From assembly GCF_036321535.1 (NCBI RefSeq), contig NC_087436.1:48052001-48116000 (forward strand): a DNA stretch of 64,000 nucleotides. The letters are read 5' to 3'. This document shows, piece by piece, positions 12,769 through 25,590 of the stretch. Within the stretch, counting starts at the first letter, position 1, and each line of letters starts with the position of its first letter. The position numbers were made by a program, and so were the translations under genes. This stretch comes from Camelus dromedarius. Its lineage: Eukaryota. The notes under the pieces are model-generated. The model was not told where the DNA came from. It searched no databases and saw only the letters and a list, made by a program, of their open reading frames with translations.

Positions 12769-12850
12769 CTTGAATGAAGGTACTGAGGATTGAATCCAGG
12801 ACCTTGCGCATACTAAGCACATGCTCTACCACTGAGCTACCTCCCTCCAT
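12769..12850 (-). mobile_element. Short tRNA-derived SINE (camelid Vic-1-like)
   Basis: Reverse strand gtagctcagtggtagagc (A box) ... ggtcctggattcaatcc (B box); ttcatttt flanks both sides. Confidence 0.75.
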
Positions 12851-13128
12851 GTTGTTCATTTTTATAAAAGGAAAAAACTAAAACTATTCAAATAAATGTA
12901 GGAGGAAAACTCTTAACCAATCACTGAAAGATCATTTCCCTCAGGCAACTACATATTATGATGAAACACATGATTAACCAAGTGAAAGATGCATATAGTA
13001 TGTCCTAGGATTTTTATAGAAGTAACATTTCAAAATTAAAAGGAGATATTGTAAAATCAGAAGGAGAAAGCAATGCAGTAATTTTAGACTATATTGTTTA
13101 AGCACAATTTGAAAAATACCTATACAAG

Positions 13129-13445
13129 GTGTTAATAATTAATTTTATGTGTCAACTTGGAGTGTATTCTTGATGATATTAATATTCAAATCAGTGAACT
13201 ATAAGTAAGCAGATTGCCTTCAGTAATGTAGGTGGGTATCATCCTACCAGTTGAAGGCCTAAATAGAAGAAAAAGACTGGCCTCCCTGAGGAAGAGGAAA
13301 TTTTTCATCAGACTGCCTTCAGACTAAATCTGCACCACTTGCTCTCCTGGGTCTCCAGCCTGCCCTTCCACAGTGAAGATTTTAGATTCTCCAGGCTCCA
13401 TAATCACATGAGCCAATTCCTTATAATAAATGTCCTTCTCAATCT
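13129..13445 (+). mobile_element. MLT2-type ERVL LTR
   Basis: aattttatgtgtcaacttgg start; gtaaagcagattgcc; agccaattccttataataaat. Confidence 0.8.
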
Positions 13446-13456
13446 GTCTCAAAATC

Positions 13457-13821
13457 TGTCTTAGTCTGCTAGGTCTGCCATAGAAGAATACTAGAAACTA
13501 GATGGCTTAAACAGTAGAAACCTATTTTCTTAAATTCTAGAGCCTGAAAGTCTAAGATCAAGGTATCTGCAGGGTTGGTTTCTGGTGAGACTTTTCTTCC
13601 CGGCTTGCAGACAGCCCCCTTCTTGTTGTTTCCTCATATGGCCTGTTCTCTATGCCTGTGTAGATATCTCTTCCTCTTTTCATGAGGATATCAGTCCTAT
13701 TGGATTAGGGTCCCACCCTTATGACTTCATGTAACCTTAATTATCTTCTTAAAGATCATAAAATCATACTAAGGATTAGGCTTCAGCCTATGATATTTAG
13801 GACATAATTCGCTCCATAACA
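13457..13821 (-). mobile_element. MaLR solo LTR (MLT1A-C-like)
   Basis: tgtcttagtctgct...gtctaagatcaaggt...cagtcctattggattaggg...tccataaca. Confidence 0.8.
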
Positions 13822-14083
13822 AAAGACATCTGGAAAGAAGTAATACTTTACTAATTTCTGAGACAGTGACAGAGGAGATTTGATCCTAAGGAAAAAAGAA
13901 ATACAAACTTGGGAAATAAATAAGTCATGAGGCCAATGAGAGATTTGCTTTTCCAGAAATACTCTTAAATCTCTTTAACATAGATATCCAAGAAACTGAC
14001 ATTCCAGAAACTATGATCTATTCTATTCAGAACATAACTGAAAAAAATGCAGCCACATTTTTTTAAGAGTATCATTTTGTCAG

Positions 14084-14203
14084 GAGATAACTCACATTTC
14101 CCAGGATTCATTGATAGGTATATCAGAAGTTTGATATTACACTCTGTGACATTATGATGTTTCTCCTATGCTGCTGAAAATCCAATTACTTATATCTGGA
14201 AAG
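14084..14203 (+). pseudogene. Pseudo-exon (phase 1-1)
   Basis: cattttgtcag|GA...AAAG|gtcaaa; (G)DNSHFPGFIDRYIRSLILHSVTL*CFSYAAENPITYIWK. Confidence 0.55.
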
Positions 14204-14437
14204 GTCAAAAACTGATACTGGAGATAGAGTAGTAATAAGAGAAGATTACTAAGAAAATGGACATAGCATTTGCCATGGGATATGTGATATTAAGGAAAAT
14301 CTTTCTGAATTAATATTTTGACTGATTGTAACCGAAATGCTTTATTTTAATACTCTTATTTTTTAAGTTAAAGAACTGTGTTGTCTTTCATCCAAAGAAA
14401 ATGTCACAGACTTACACAAAAACTGTTTAAATTGCAG

Positions 14438-14570
14438 GTATTTGTAGAAGTCGGCTAGCTTGAACATTACAATAAACTATTCATCAACAGGCTCAAATCA
14501 TAAAATTCACTCACCTCGAATTATTCTTTAGAAGCTAGACTACCTAATAATGTTTGTACTATTTCTGAGA
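14438..14570 (+). pseudogene. Pseudo-exon, frame uncertain (probable frameshift)
   Basis: aattgcag|GT...GAGA|gtaagt (strong donor); (G)ICRSRLA*TLQ*TIHQQAQIIKFTHLELFF, then probably shifted to KLDYLIMFVLFLR. Confidence 0.55.
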
Positions 14571-14677
14571 GTAAGTTTGTTATAAATAAAAGAGTAAATA
14601 CATTTTTAATTTCATCTTTATAATGGTGAACATAGGCTTAGCTGTCTTACTTGCTATGTTTCTTAAGATGTGGCTGT

Positions 14678-15242
14678 CACTAGCCAGAGCAATTAGGCAA
14701 GAAAAAGAAATAAAAGGCATTCAAAATTGGAAAGAAAGAAGTAAAACTATCCCTATTTACAAATTACAGGATCTTATATATAGAAAACCCTAATGATCCA
14801 CAAAAACTGTTTTAACCACTAAACAAAAATCAATGAAGGTGCAAGATACAAAATCAATATACAAAAATCAACTGCACAAATAAACTATGTGAAAAGGAAA
14901 TTTGGAAAACAGTATAATTTACAATAGGATCAAAAAGAATAAAATATTTAGAAATAAACTTAACTAAGCAAATAAAGTACTTGTATACTGAAAACTATAA
15001 AATAGTGCTGAAAGAAACTGAAGAAGACACAAATATAAAAAAATCCCACATTCATGGACTGGAATACAATATTGTTAGAATGTCCATACTATTCAAAGTG
15101 ATCTACAGATTCAATGCAATCCCTATCAAAATTCCAATGGCATTTTTATAGAAACAGAAAAAATAATTCTAAAATTCATACAGAAGCACTAAAGACCCCA
15201 AACAGCCAGAACAATCTTGAAAAAGAACAAAGCTGGAGGCTT
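14678..15242 (+). mobile_element. L1 ORF2 internal fragment
   Basis: ctagccagagcaattaggcaagaaaaagaaataaaaggcat...gaacaaagctggaggc. Confidence 0.85.
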
Positions 15243-15545
15243 CGATACAGGGACTATGTCTCAGGAATTGGGTTCCTTCAAACAACTATTCTTCTACCTA
15301 AAAGAAATAGATATGGGAAAGGCCGTGGCTTTCTTCTAGATCTGGCCTATTTCTCCTACATGTTACCAGTGAGGGTTCTGCTCTCTTTGCAACCCTACTT
15401 TGAAATTAGTGAATTCAATCACCATACCTATTATGGGACACAATTTGGTTTTACTGAAAAATATCAGAGGACATTCTAGAACTCCCCCATCTATAATAAA
15501 CACACAACTGAAATTAAGTTGTTGTGGTTCCTGAAAAACAATTAG

Positions 15546-15656
15546 ACATCAGGATACATAGATAATTTAGAACCAACTGGCTGAAAGATCACTTAAACTA
15601 ACTTGGCTTTACTGTTGATTTATGGTTCAATATCCACTGATTTTCTATGATGGCAT
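15546..15656 (+). pseudogene. Candidate pseudo-exon, frame uncertain
   Basis: attag|ACA...CAT|gtatga; several stops in every frame; acceptor tract weak. Confidence 0.3.
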
Positions 15657-18125
15657 GTATGACGGCATGGTGAGAGGCAGAGAAATTGTGTTTTCTTGCC
15701 CTTGCTGTTCTTTATGCTTGTATCCAACAGTGTCTTAGTCATATCTACTCCCTCTTCTCAAAGTTACCCTCCCTCGCCTCATCCGCAGGAACACTCCACA
15801 GAGACTGTTCACCTCTTTCTTCCTCTTTGTCTCCCTACCTATAGACTTAAGCTCTAAAATGCAGGTATCACCCCTGTTGCCTTGTGCTTAGGCATCATTT
15901 TTCCATTTTTATTATTGTAACTTCATTACAGCATACAGGATTTATAGACTGGTTTCCTTTTAAATTTTGTGTGCAGATTCTCCCCACATGTCAGGCTTGC
16001 ATACACAAGAACAGGCATCCGTATAGTTTGAGAGGAGATACGGTCTAACTAATTCTTAAATTAAGCTTCATAAAATGATTAAAACTAGGGGTATTTAGCC
16101 TGTGTAAATACAGCCTGAATTAAGAAATAATTACAAAATTATTATGTACATGGTTCTTTGCTGGTTACTAAGAATTATAACATTAAATGAAACACAATTA
16201 AATTATGACAATTAAATTAAACAAGCATTTTTTTTCTGATTATAACAGTAATGAAGGATTATTTGAAATATATTGCTTTATGGATAGTTAAATTAATATT
16301 AAATCTCTGAAATTATATATACTACTTTCCCCAAAGATTTAAAAACTTTTATGGACTAACTAAATTATGTACAAAAGAAGCCAACAGAGCTAATAAACAA
16401 ATTCAGCAGGGTTTAGTTGCAGGATACATGAGTAACACACCAAAATCAACTGCATTTCTAGACATAAGCAGGAATAACCCAAAAATGAAATTAGAAAAAC
16501 GATTTCATTTACAATAGCATCCAAAAGAATAAAATAGCTAGTAAAACATTTAATCAAGGAAGTGAAAGAGTTGTTCATTGAAAGCTATAAAACACTGCTA
16601 AAACTATGAATAAATTAAGGAAGGCCTCAATAAATGAAAAGACATCCCATGCTCTTAGATTGTAAGAATTTATATTACTAAGATGGCAATATTACCTAAA
16701 GTGATCTATAAATTCTATCTAAATTCTAATGGCTTTATTTATCAAATGGAGAAAGCAGTTTCTCAGATTTATGTGGACCCTAGAGGGCAATGGACTGGCA
16801 AATAATTTAGAAAAATAATTTAGTCAGAGTGTTCACACCTCCCAATTTCAATACTTACTACAAGGCTACAGTAATCAAAACAGTGTGGTACTGGTATAAG
16901 GACAGACATACAGACAATGGAATTTCGGACAACTGAGAGTCCAAAATAAGCCTGTATATCTTTGCCCAATTGCTTTTGACAAGAATGCCAAGACCATTCA
17001 TTGGCAGAGAACAGTCTATTCAACAAATTGTGCTGGGACAACTGCATAGTCACATGTAGAAGAATGAAGTTGGATCTCTACCTAACAACATATATAAAAA
17101 TTAACTCAAGATGAATCAAAGACTAACTATAAGAGCTAAAACAAGGAGAAGCAAGATGGAAGAGTATAAGGACACTTGTAGCTCACCCTCTCCCACAAAT
17201 ACACCAAAACTCACATCTATGGACCTACTTAGCCAACCAGAGCACCTGCCGAACTCCGACAGAACATCACCCTCTTCGAAAGACAAAGATGCCAAAAATC
17301 TGGTAGGAGAAAAGGAAAAAAGAATGATGAAAAAGCAAAACAGTGCGGGGTCAGTTCTGCGGGGAGGGAGTGGCAAAGGAAGACTGGCACTCGTTCGCTG
17401 GGTCTCCCCTCTCCAACGGAGAGACCAGTGGGACGGAAGGGGAGCCTCCAAGGCTCAGATATGCCCCGAGCACCCCTTGACCGACAGAACTGAGTTAAAC
17501 GGGCACAGAGGGTACCCACAATACCCAGCCCTAGATGTGAGCTGGCTGCTGGGGATGGGACAGGCCACCTGAGCCAGGCGGAGGACAGGGGCGGCTGTAC
17601 TGAGGCAGCCCTGGGGGACTGCAGGGGGCTGCATGCTGGAAGGGGATATGGAGCAGAACAACCTCGGTCCCCCATAAATTGCAAAAAAAGCAAAGCAACA
17701 TAGCTGGTGTGCCCTGGGAGGAGGAGCACCATAGACTTTGTCTCCTCAGACCTGCGCCGCCATTACTGGCGCTTCTCCTAAGAAGAGAGGCGGGGCTCAG
17801 CCACAGCGGCCATCTCCTCATGTGTATACGCCCAGGAGGGAGCGGGGATGAGACCTGAATTCACACGGCGGGGGGTGGGGTGGGGGGCTCCGCAACCTCC
17901 AAGGCAGGACTGAGACTTATTTACAGCCCGAGGCAGACAGGATCTTTCTGCTCTGGCACCTCTGAGAACTCATGCCAAGACAAACAAGGAGCTGAGATTT
18001 GGCATGGAGCAGGGGCATGGCCGTTCTGCGGTCTTCCCCGAACCTGCCTTCAGAGCACTGACCTGAGGCGGAGCGGGCAGCTGCACAGAGCAGTGGAGTG
18101 ACCGGCGCCGGGAGAGGGTAGGCAT

Positions 18126-18285
18126 GCAGCACCTGACCATGGTGCTGGGAGAGGGCGTGATCCTCCCACCTGCCTCGCCCAAGTGCAGCATCTGACTGTG
18201 GCATTGGGAGGGGGAGTGACCCACCCGCCCACCTGGTAAAAGCTCAGCACCTGACCCAGTGTTGGGAGAGGGCACGATCTGCTAG
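18126..18285 (+). repeat. Three imperfect ~59-bp tandem units in the L1 5'UTR
   Basis: Repeated cagca(c/t)ctgac...tgggag(a/g)ggg...tga motif at about 18127, 18186 and 18246. Confidence 0.7.
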
Positions 18286-18458
18286 CCGACAGCCACTAGG
18301 AGCAGCACAGACAAGGGCGCCAACAAAGGGCCTCTGGAAACAGCAAGCTGAGTTCATGAAACAGGGCGAAGACACAAAGACCTCTCAATCCTTAAGAGCA
18401 CAGAGTCTCCAGGAGAACTAGATAACTGATACTCCTTAAGCCACAGTGCCAGAGAGAT

Positions 18459-19348
18459 ATGAGCAATATGAAGAAGCAGAGGAACCGCTCCCAATTAAAA
18501 GAGCAAGAGAAATCCCCTGAAAGCACGATCAAGGAAATAGGCCTACTAGATCAAGATTTCAAAAAAAGGAGAGATCAAAGTACTGAAGGAACTAAAAGAA
18601 ATAGTGTTTAGAGATATAAAATGTGTCAAAAATGAAATAGAAGCTATAAAGAAGAACCAAATAGAATTAGTAAACTCATTTGCTGAGAAGAGAGCTGACC
18701 TAAAGGCTGTACAAAGCAGGCTAGATAATCCAGAGGAACGAATAAATGACCTAGAAGACAGGACAACAGAAATCACCCAATCAGAACAGCTGAGAGAAAA
18801 ACAAATAAAAAACAATGAAAACAATATAAGGGACCTAAGGAATAATATAAAGCATGCCAATCTACACATAATAGGGGTTCCAGAAGGGGAAGAAAGAACA
18901 AAGGGGATTGAAAAGGTATTTGAAGAAATCATGACTGGAAACTTCCCAAACCTAAAGGAGTCAGATATCCAAGTACAGGAGGCTCAGAGGGTCCCAAACA
19001 GGAAGAACCCAAACAGACTCACACCAAGACATACCATAATCAAGATGGCCAGAGTCAAGGATAAAGAAATGATCCTAAAGGCAGCAAGAGAAAAACAAAG
19101 AGTGAGTTACAAGGGAACCCCCATAAGGCTCTCAGCTGACTTCTCTACACAAACACTACAAGGCAGAAGGGAGTGGCAAGATATATTCAAAGTCCTGAAT
19201 GAAAAAAAGATGCAGCCTAGGATACTCTATCCAGCAAGGCTATCCTTTAGAATAGAAGGAGACATCAAGAACTTCACAGACAAGCAAAAACTAAGAGTTT
19301 AGCAACACTAAACCCATGCTAAAAGAAATATTGACAGGTCTACTCTAA
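18459..19348 (+). pseudogene. L1 ORF1p, frameshifted near both ends
   Basis: ATG 18459 (MSNMKKQRNRSQLKEQEKSP). ORF 18604-19302 has ORF1 motifs IIGVPEGEE, ILKAAREK, YKGTPIRLSADFS, LYPARLSF. Tail FSNTKPMLKEILTGLL* is in another frame. Confidence 0.9.
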
Positions 19349-22054
19349 ATAGAAAAGAAGCAGGATGCTACAAAAATGAGAAACTCATAACTGGAAAGGA
19401 GACAACTGCCATGAATTACAAAAAGAATAAACACAAAATTGTAAAAAAAAAAAAGACATCTAAATCATTAAGAGTGGGAGAGAGAAGCAAGGAAAGCCAC
19501 TGTGGAAAATAGTATGGAGATTCCTCAGAAGACTAGGAATAGACTTACCATGTGACCCAGGAATCCCACTCCTGGGCATATATCCAGAAGGAACCCTGCT
19601 TCAAAATGACACCTGCACCCCAATGTTCATAGAAGCACTACAATAGCCAAGACATGGAAGCAGCCTAGATGTCCATTAGCAGATGACTGAATAAAGAAGA
19701 GGTGGTATATTTATACGATGGAATACTATTCAACCACAAAAACTGACAACATAACGCCATTTGCAGCAACATGGATGTTCCTGAAGAATGTCATTCTGAG
19801 TGAAGTAAGCCAGAAAGAGAAAGAAAAATACCATATGAGATCACTCATATGAGGAATCAAAAAAAAAACAAACATAAATACAAAACAGAAACAGACTCAT
19901 AGACATAGAATACAGACTTGTGGTTGCCAAGGGGGCAGGGGGGTGGGAAGGGACAGACTGGAATTTTAAAATGCAGAATAGATAAACAAGATTATACTGT
20001 ATAGCACAGGGAAATATATACAAGATCTTGTGGTAGCAAAATTAAAACACGACAATGAATATATGTATGTTCATGTATAGCTGAAAAACTGTGCTCTACA
20101 CTGGAAATTGACACAACATTGTAAAACCACTATAACTCAATAAAAATGTTAAAAAAAAAGAGCTAAAACAATAAAACTCTTAGAAGAAAGCATGGGGTAT
20201 ATCTTCATGACCTCTAGTTTGGCAATGGATTCATAGATATGACACCAATGGCATGAGCAAACAAAAGAAAACACAGATTATTTGGACTTTATCAAAATTA
20301 AAAACTTTTGTACACCAAAATACATTATCACAAAAGTAAAAAGATAACCTATAGAATGAGAGGAAATACTGGCAAATCATATATAGGTACCTAAAATACA
20401 TAAACACTTTAACAACTCAACAACAAAAGGCCACCAACCAAAGTACTTGAATAAACATTTTTCTAAAGAAGATATACAAATGGTAAATAAGTACATGAAA
20501 AGATGCTCAATATTACTATACATTAGGAAATGTAAATCAAAACCACAAAGATACATCACTTAACACCCACCATAATGTCTACGGTCAAGAAGACAGATAA
20601 TAACAAAAACTGGTCAGAATGTGGAAAAACTGGAACCTTCATACATTCCTTGGTGCAGCTACTGTGGAAAAGTTTGGTGGTTCCTCAAAAAGTTAACACA
20701 GAATTACCCAGCAATTCGCCTTCTATGTACATGCCCCAGAGAACTGAAAAGACAGGTACTCAAAACAGATACTCATACACAAATGATCATATCAGCACTA
20801 TTCTCAATAGTCCAAAGGTAGAAACAATCCAAATGTCCATCAGTAGATGCAAGGGTAAAAAATTGATATACATGTAATATGGAACCATAAAAGGAATGAA
20901 ATGATGATGCATGCTACAATGTAAATGAGTCTCAGAAGTATTATGCCAAGTGTAAGAAGCCAGACACAAAAGGCTACTTGTTGTATGATTTCATTTACAT
21001 GAAATATCAGAATAGGTAAGTCCATAGAGACAAAAAGTAGACTGGAGGTTGCCAGGGACTGAGGAAGGAAGGATGGAGGAGTAATTGCTTAATGGGCATG
21101 GGCCTTTATTTTTGGGTAAAAATATTTTGGAAGTAGAAGAGGTGGTAGCACATAGCATTGTGAATGTACTAAATGTCACTTAATAGTTCACTCAAAATGC
21201 TTAATTTTATAATTTGAGAATTTCACCTTAATTAGGAAAAAATGGGAAAAAATGTATCTGTCCATTGAATAATTTGTACTAGAAAACTCCTAATTTCATC
21301 TTCTTTCTATTTTAATTTGATGAATCTATTTTAAACTCAATGTGAGAGGATAAGAAAATGAATTTTTTATTCTTGCTTTTTGTGAGTTTTCCTATGGATT
21401 TTAATTGATTTTATTTTAGTAGAAGATTTAGTTAGAATCAGATATTTTCTGTGGAAAATTAATGTACTTAAATTATACTTTAGGAATTGAAATAACTTTT
21501 AAAATTCATCCTACTTTTTGTTGCTGATCTGTTTATAAATATAATGCTTTTTTAATCTTTAGAAAATTCTATCAGGAAAATACTATATATGATATTTGGA
21601 ACTTAAAGTACTGCCCACCAGAGGGCTCTCAGTTTTCTTCTATTTTGCTTTCCAAAAAAATGAAACTCACATTTTAATAGAGTATAGCTTGTATACCTGT
21701 GAGTAGATCAAATACATATTCTAAGTTTCAGTAGTAGCTCTCCGAGTAGCAAAACACTTACTATGATTGAGAAGAAATTAAAGCATACTTTATATATACA
21801 TACAATGTTTTCTACATTTCTTTGAGACTTTCTATGAAAGGGGATTTGTAGAATGAAATATTTTGATTTGAATAAGAGGGAAATGAATTAAATACTCTTT
21901 TAAAATTCACAGAGCACAACCTCCAGAATACCTTAAATGTACAGTTAATTTTAGATATTAATCTCTATCATGATGAAAGGAACTTTTCTCATCTATATCT
22001 GGAAACAGAGCCTTAATGTGAAAATTGATAAACTGAGTTTATACTTTAAAAATA

Positions 22055-22930
22055 ATTTTATTGCACCTATGCTATGTATGGGGGAATGTGTAGGTGACTA
22101 AGATATAGTTGCTTTTCTTGAAAAGCTTAGTCAATAATGGGAAGCAGACCTGTGGATAAATAATAAGTATATACTTTAACTGCTATAAAGAAGCATGCTA
22201 ATCAAAAGAATAATTCTCAGGGAGAAGTGAAGGCTGGCAATGTTGTACACTTTGAGGGAGTTTCTCAAGAAATTCTCATCCCCTCCCATGTTCCACTGCT
22301 GAGAACCAATGTGCCAAGTGAAATTGTGGAGAGAAACTGCCTACCTAGGAGAATAAGGGAAGTTTTCTAAACCAGAAATTCAAGGTAACAGTTCATCTGA
22401 GAAGCTCTCTGAGTAGAGGGAGGTGGCATAAAAGGTAGGAGGAGCAATCCAAGTAGACAGAAAGGAGTAGTCAAAGTCATGGAGCTAAAAAATTAGCAAC
22501 ATACACAAAGACCATGTGATGTCTTCTGGGACTGGGACATGATCCAGGTGTTGGGGAACTGATTAGGTCACAGTGAATGGTGAACAATACCAGTGGAGAA
22601 CGAGTCTGGAAATCGTATTTTGAAAAGCCCTGAAAGCATGTAGAAGAGTTTGACTTCATATTGTGGGAAATTTGGAGTCAGAGATTGTTTTTAAGCAGGA
22701 GAGTGACTTGAACAGATCACTAATATGGTTGTCTAATTTTGATGGATCTGAGGAGCAAATTAATGGTATAGAAGAGAAGAAGCTGTAAAATGTGAGACAG
22801 AGAATCTAATTAAGAAGCAATTATAAACACTGAGTAGATGAGGGCTTTAATTAAACCTGGATCAATGTGAATGGTGAAAAGACAACTGAATAAAAAAACA
22901 TTAACATTATTAAAGAAATATTTCAACAAG
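22055..22930 (-). mobile_element. L2 fragments
   Basis: tttattgcacctatgctatgt (L2 3' end antisense); ttttaagcaggagagtgac. Confidence 0.6.
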
Positions 22931-23334
22931 CTTCAAGCCAAGCGTATCACTTTGTCTCTCTGCGGCCATGAGCTTGCTAGAGTTTTATGCAACTCATCCC
23001 AGAACTCTTTGAGAACCATGTCATGCTTTTGTGAAGTAAACCAGAGAAATGATCAATCTCTAATGATATTTTACTATCCTCTCCTAAACCAATCAAGGGA
23101 CACCCCGCTTTATTTGGGGAACATTTTCTCTCCTTTCCCTGATAAAAGAGATATTATGAGGTGGACTTGTAAAAGGGCAGGAAGGTATCCCTTTAGGATG
23201 GAGAGAGCTTATGGCATATTTATGAGCAAAAGAGAGGAGCTAGGAGGAAGTAAGTGATGGTAGATCCAACAACAGCAACAACAACAAAAAAAAACAATCT
23301 AATTCATAGTCTCTTAGAATCACAGTAACATTTA

Positions 23335-23575
23335 CATTTGTTAGCTAACAGTATTGAGAACTCACTATATGCCACGCACTACTCTAAGTACTTCACATTT
23401 ATTAAGTCCCCACAGTCATTTTATTGGGGGAAAATTACACTATTATTATGCCCATTGTGCAGATCAAAAAATGAGGCAATGATTGGCTACTTAACTTGCC
23501 TATATATCCAGCGAATGATAGCAAAGTCAGAATTTTAACTGAGGTGAGGCCATGCTCTGAAATACTACTCTGTCC
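23335..23575 (-). mobile_element. MIR SINE
   Basis: agctaacagtattgagaactcactatatgcca...cccattgtgcagatcaaaaaatgaggc. Confidence 0.75.
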
Positions 23576-24327
23576 TATCACCTTCCAATAGGAGGTCACG
23601 AAGGATGGAGAAGAGTTAACAGCAGCTGGAGGAAATCTTGACATCTGCCAAACCTTTCTTTTTTTTTAAAGATAGATTCTGTAGAGTTCTTATCTAAAAG
23701 ATGATTTGAGCAGGCTGTGCCTGTCTGTTTATACTAATTATTAGAAATACATCTGGAATTTATACAATTATGGGATATAGCTGGCCAGAGAATGGAAATT
23801 AGACCTGTAACATCTTTGTCCCTGAATGACTAAACACACATAAAAACTAAGAAGCTCTGAACCTAAGTGGCTGAGCTGACACGCACACCACACATTGTTA
23901 GTGCCTGTTTGCTAATCCCAGTGTGGGAAAAGGGACAATTAGGAAGCTGATTTTGAAGGCCCAAGCCCCTCAGGAAAGGAACAGTACATATGTGCCTGCT
24001 TCTTGCTTGTATCTTTTGAGTCATTAGTAGTTTGGTATTGGGCAAGACCTATGATTCATGTGAGTCTGTTTTGACAATTCTACCTTTTGTGGCACCTCAC
24101 TATGGAAAGAAAAGAACACAGTTGTGGGTGTTTTTGGCTTTGAATAGCTTCAGACTTGCCATTGTTTAGTATTATAATACAGAATTTGGTGTAACACCAA
24201 TTTATGCCTGTATACATACCTTTTTGTCAACAATTCCCAAATTTCTATGAGTCAGATTTAGGTCTTTAGTTTAGTAGAATGCAGAATACAAATTTGGGGT
24301 CATTGTAAATTGTTTGTAAAAATAAAA

Positions 24328-24470
24328 ATAGCTAATATTATTGGGCAATTACTTTTTGCTTATTATCTTCACTGGTAACTTGTTTACTTCTCATGACAAA
24401 ACTGTGAGGTCATACCATTATTATAGCTGTTTTACAGATGAAGAAACTTAATAAATGTGGCCCAAACACT
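24328..24470 (-). mobile_element. MIR SINE fragment
   Basis: actgtgagg...ttttacagatgaagaaact. Confidence 0.7.
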
Positions 24471-24612
24471 GTGATTAGTCTGACCAATGTCTCCTCCCCA
24501 TAGCGGAGAGGAGGCTGGCCCTAGGCATGGAGAGAAGCATCTAACCCTTCCCTTGGAAGTAATGCAGGTATCTCCCTCAGGTTCTGTTCTCTGCTTGGTC
24601 AAACCATATGGT

Positions 24613-24989
24613 TGTGTTAGAGTCTGTTATCACAGCGTAACACAGACTGGATGGCGTAAACAACAGAAATTTATCATATTTCTGGAAGCTGGAAGTCCAG
24701 GATCTGGTGCTTTCAGGGCTGATTTCAAGTGATGTTCTCTTCCTGGCTTGTAGACTTTTTGCTATGTCCTCACATGGCCTCTTCTCTGTTTTCCTCAGAG
24801 AGAGAGAGAAGGATCTCTGGTGTCTCTTCCTCTTCTTATAAAGCCACCAGTCCTATCGCATTAGTATCCAGCCTTAAGACCTCATTTAACCTTAATCATC
24901 TTCTTAAAGGCCTCACCTCCAAATACACTAACATTGGGGCTTAGGGATTCAATAAATTCATTTAGGGGGACACAATTCAGTCCATGACA
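24613..24989 (-). mobile_element. MaLR solo LTR (MLT1A-C-like)
   Basis: tctggaagctggaagtccaggatc...gacctcatttaaccttaat...ggggacacaattcagtccatgaca. Confidence 0.8.
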
Positions 24990-24999
24990 ATGGTTCCTG

Positions 25000-25590
25000 A
25001 ATCGGTCCATTCAAAGTTCTTTCTCCAATACTCCTTGCCCACTGAACTCTCATCTTCCAATGCTTTTGAAAACCTTTCCTCTTGCCTTGGCTTAGCCCCA
25101 CAGGACTCACAGAGGTGAACTTTCTCCCTCTCCCAGCTGAGAGTGGGGAAATCAGAGACTTGCTTCTGATTGTACTCCCTTCTGGCCTTCAGTCTCTGCC
25201 TCTCCACTAAGCTTTTCACATGGCCATCAGAATCATCCTCCTAAAAATTAACTAAAGTTCTCTCAATTAGATAGACAACAAATCAGAATTCTTCAGTGTG
25301 GTTTTTTTTTTTTTATAATCTTGCCCAATCTACTTTCCTTGCTTTATCATTCTGTGTTTCAGTCAGGATCTGAATCCCCCTTTTAGAATCTGTCACTTTA
25401 CTTCCTGCCATTCAATGCTTTGCATGTGCCTCTGCAATGAGACTTTTTCCGTCCATCTTGTATAAGTGCTAGTTGCTTGCATCACTCAAAAAATTAGAAA
25501 CCTCATTAGGGCAGAGACAGTATTTATTTACCTCTGCATACTTACACTGACAGGCATAGTAGGCCCTCAGTAATTAATTTTTAAGTTATA
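25000..25590 (+). mobile_element. L2 fragment
   Basis: cagaatcatcctcctaaaa; agggcagagacagt...caggcatagtaggccctcagtaatt 3' end. Confidence 0.55.

Larger units (their letters stand above)
17145..20157 (+). mobile_element. Young L1 derivative: complete CpG-rich 5'UTR + ORF1 + last part of ORF2 + 3'UTR (half-L1-like), 14-bp TSD
   Basis: TSD aagagctaaaacaa at 17131-17144 and 20158-20171; starts ggagaagcaagatgg; deletion junction at about 19496; A tail. Confidence 0.92.
16378..21240 (+). mobile_element. Older L1 (L1MB-like) ORF2 3' half and 3'UTR, split by the young element at 17145-20157
   Basis: ORF2 reads continuously across the TSD (aactataagagctaaaacaa|taaaactcttagaagaa); L1MB-type 3'UTR 20880-21235. 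Confidence 0.85.

Noticed and set aside
12780..12845. tRNA gene
   Set aside because: It has A/B boxes, but I could not fold a complete cloverleaf, and it is flanked by a short duplication; better explained as a tRNA-derived SINE.
14118..14168. 51-nt intron splitting the 14084-14203 exon
   Set aside because: Too short and lacks an AG; the frame reads straight through with one stop.
17111..18275. Cluster of overlapping ORFs on both strands
   Set aside because: Expected from the GC-rich L1 5'UTR (few stop codons); no recognisable domain.
22871..23257. 128-aa ORF as a small gene
   Set aside because: It begins in an L2 remnant, has no recognisable motif or splice support, and is of a length reachable by chance.
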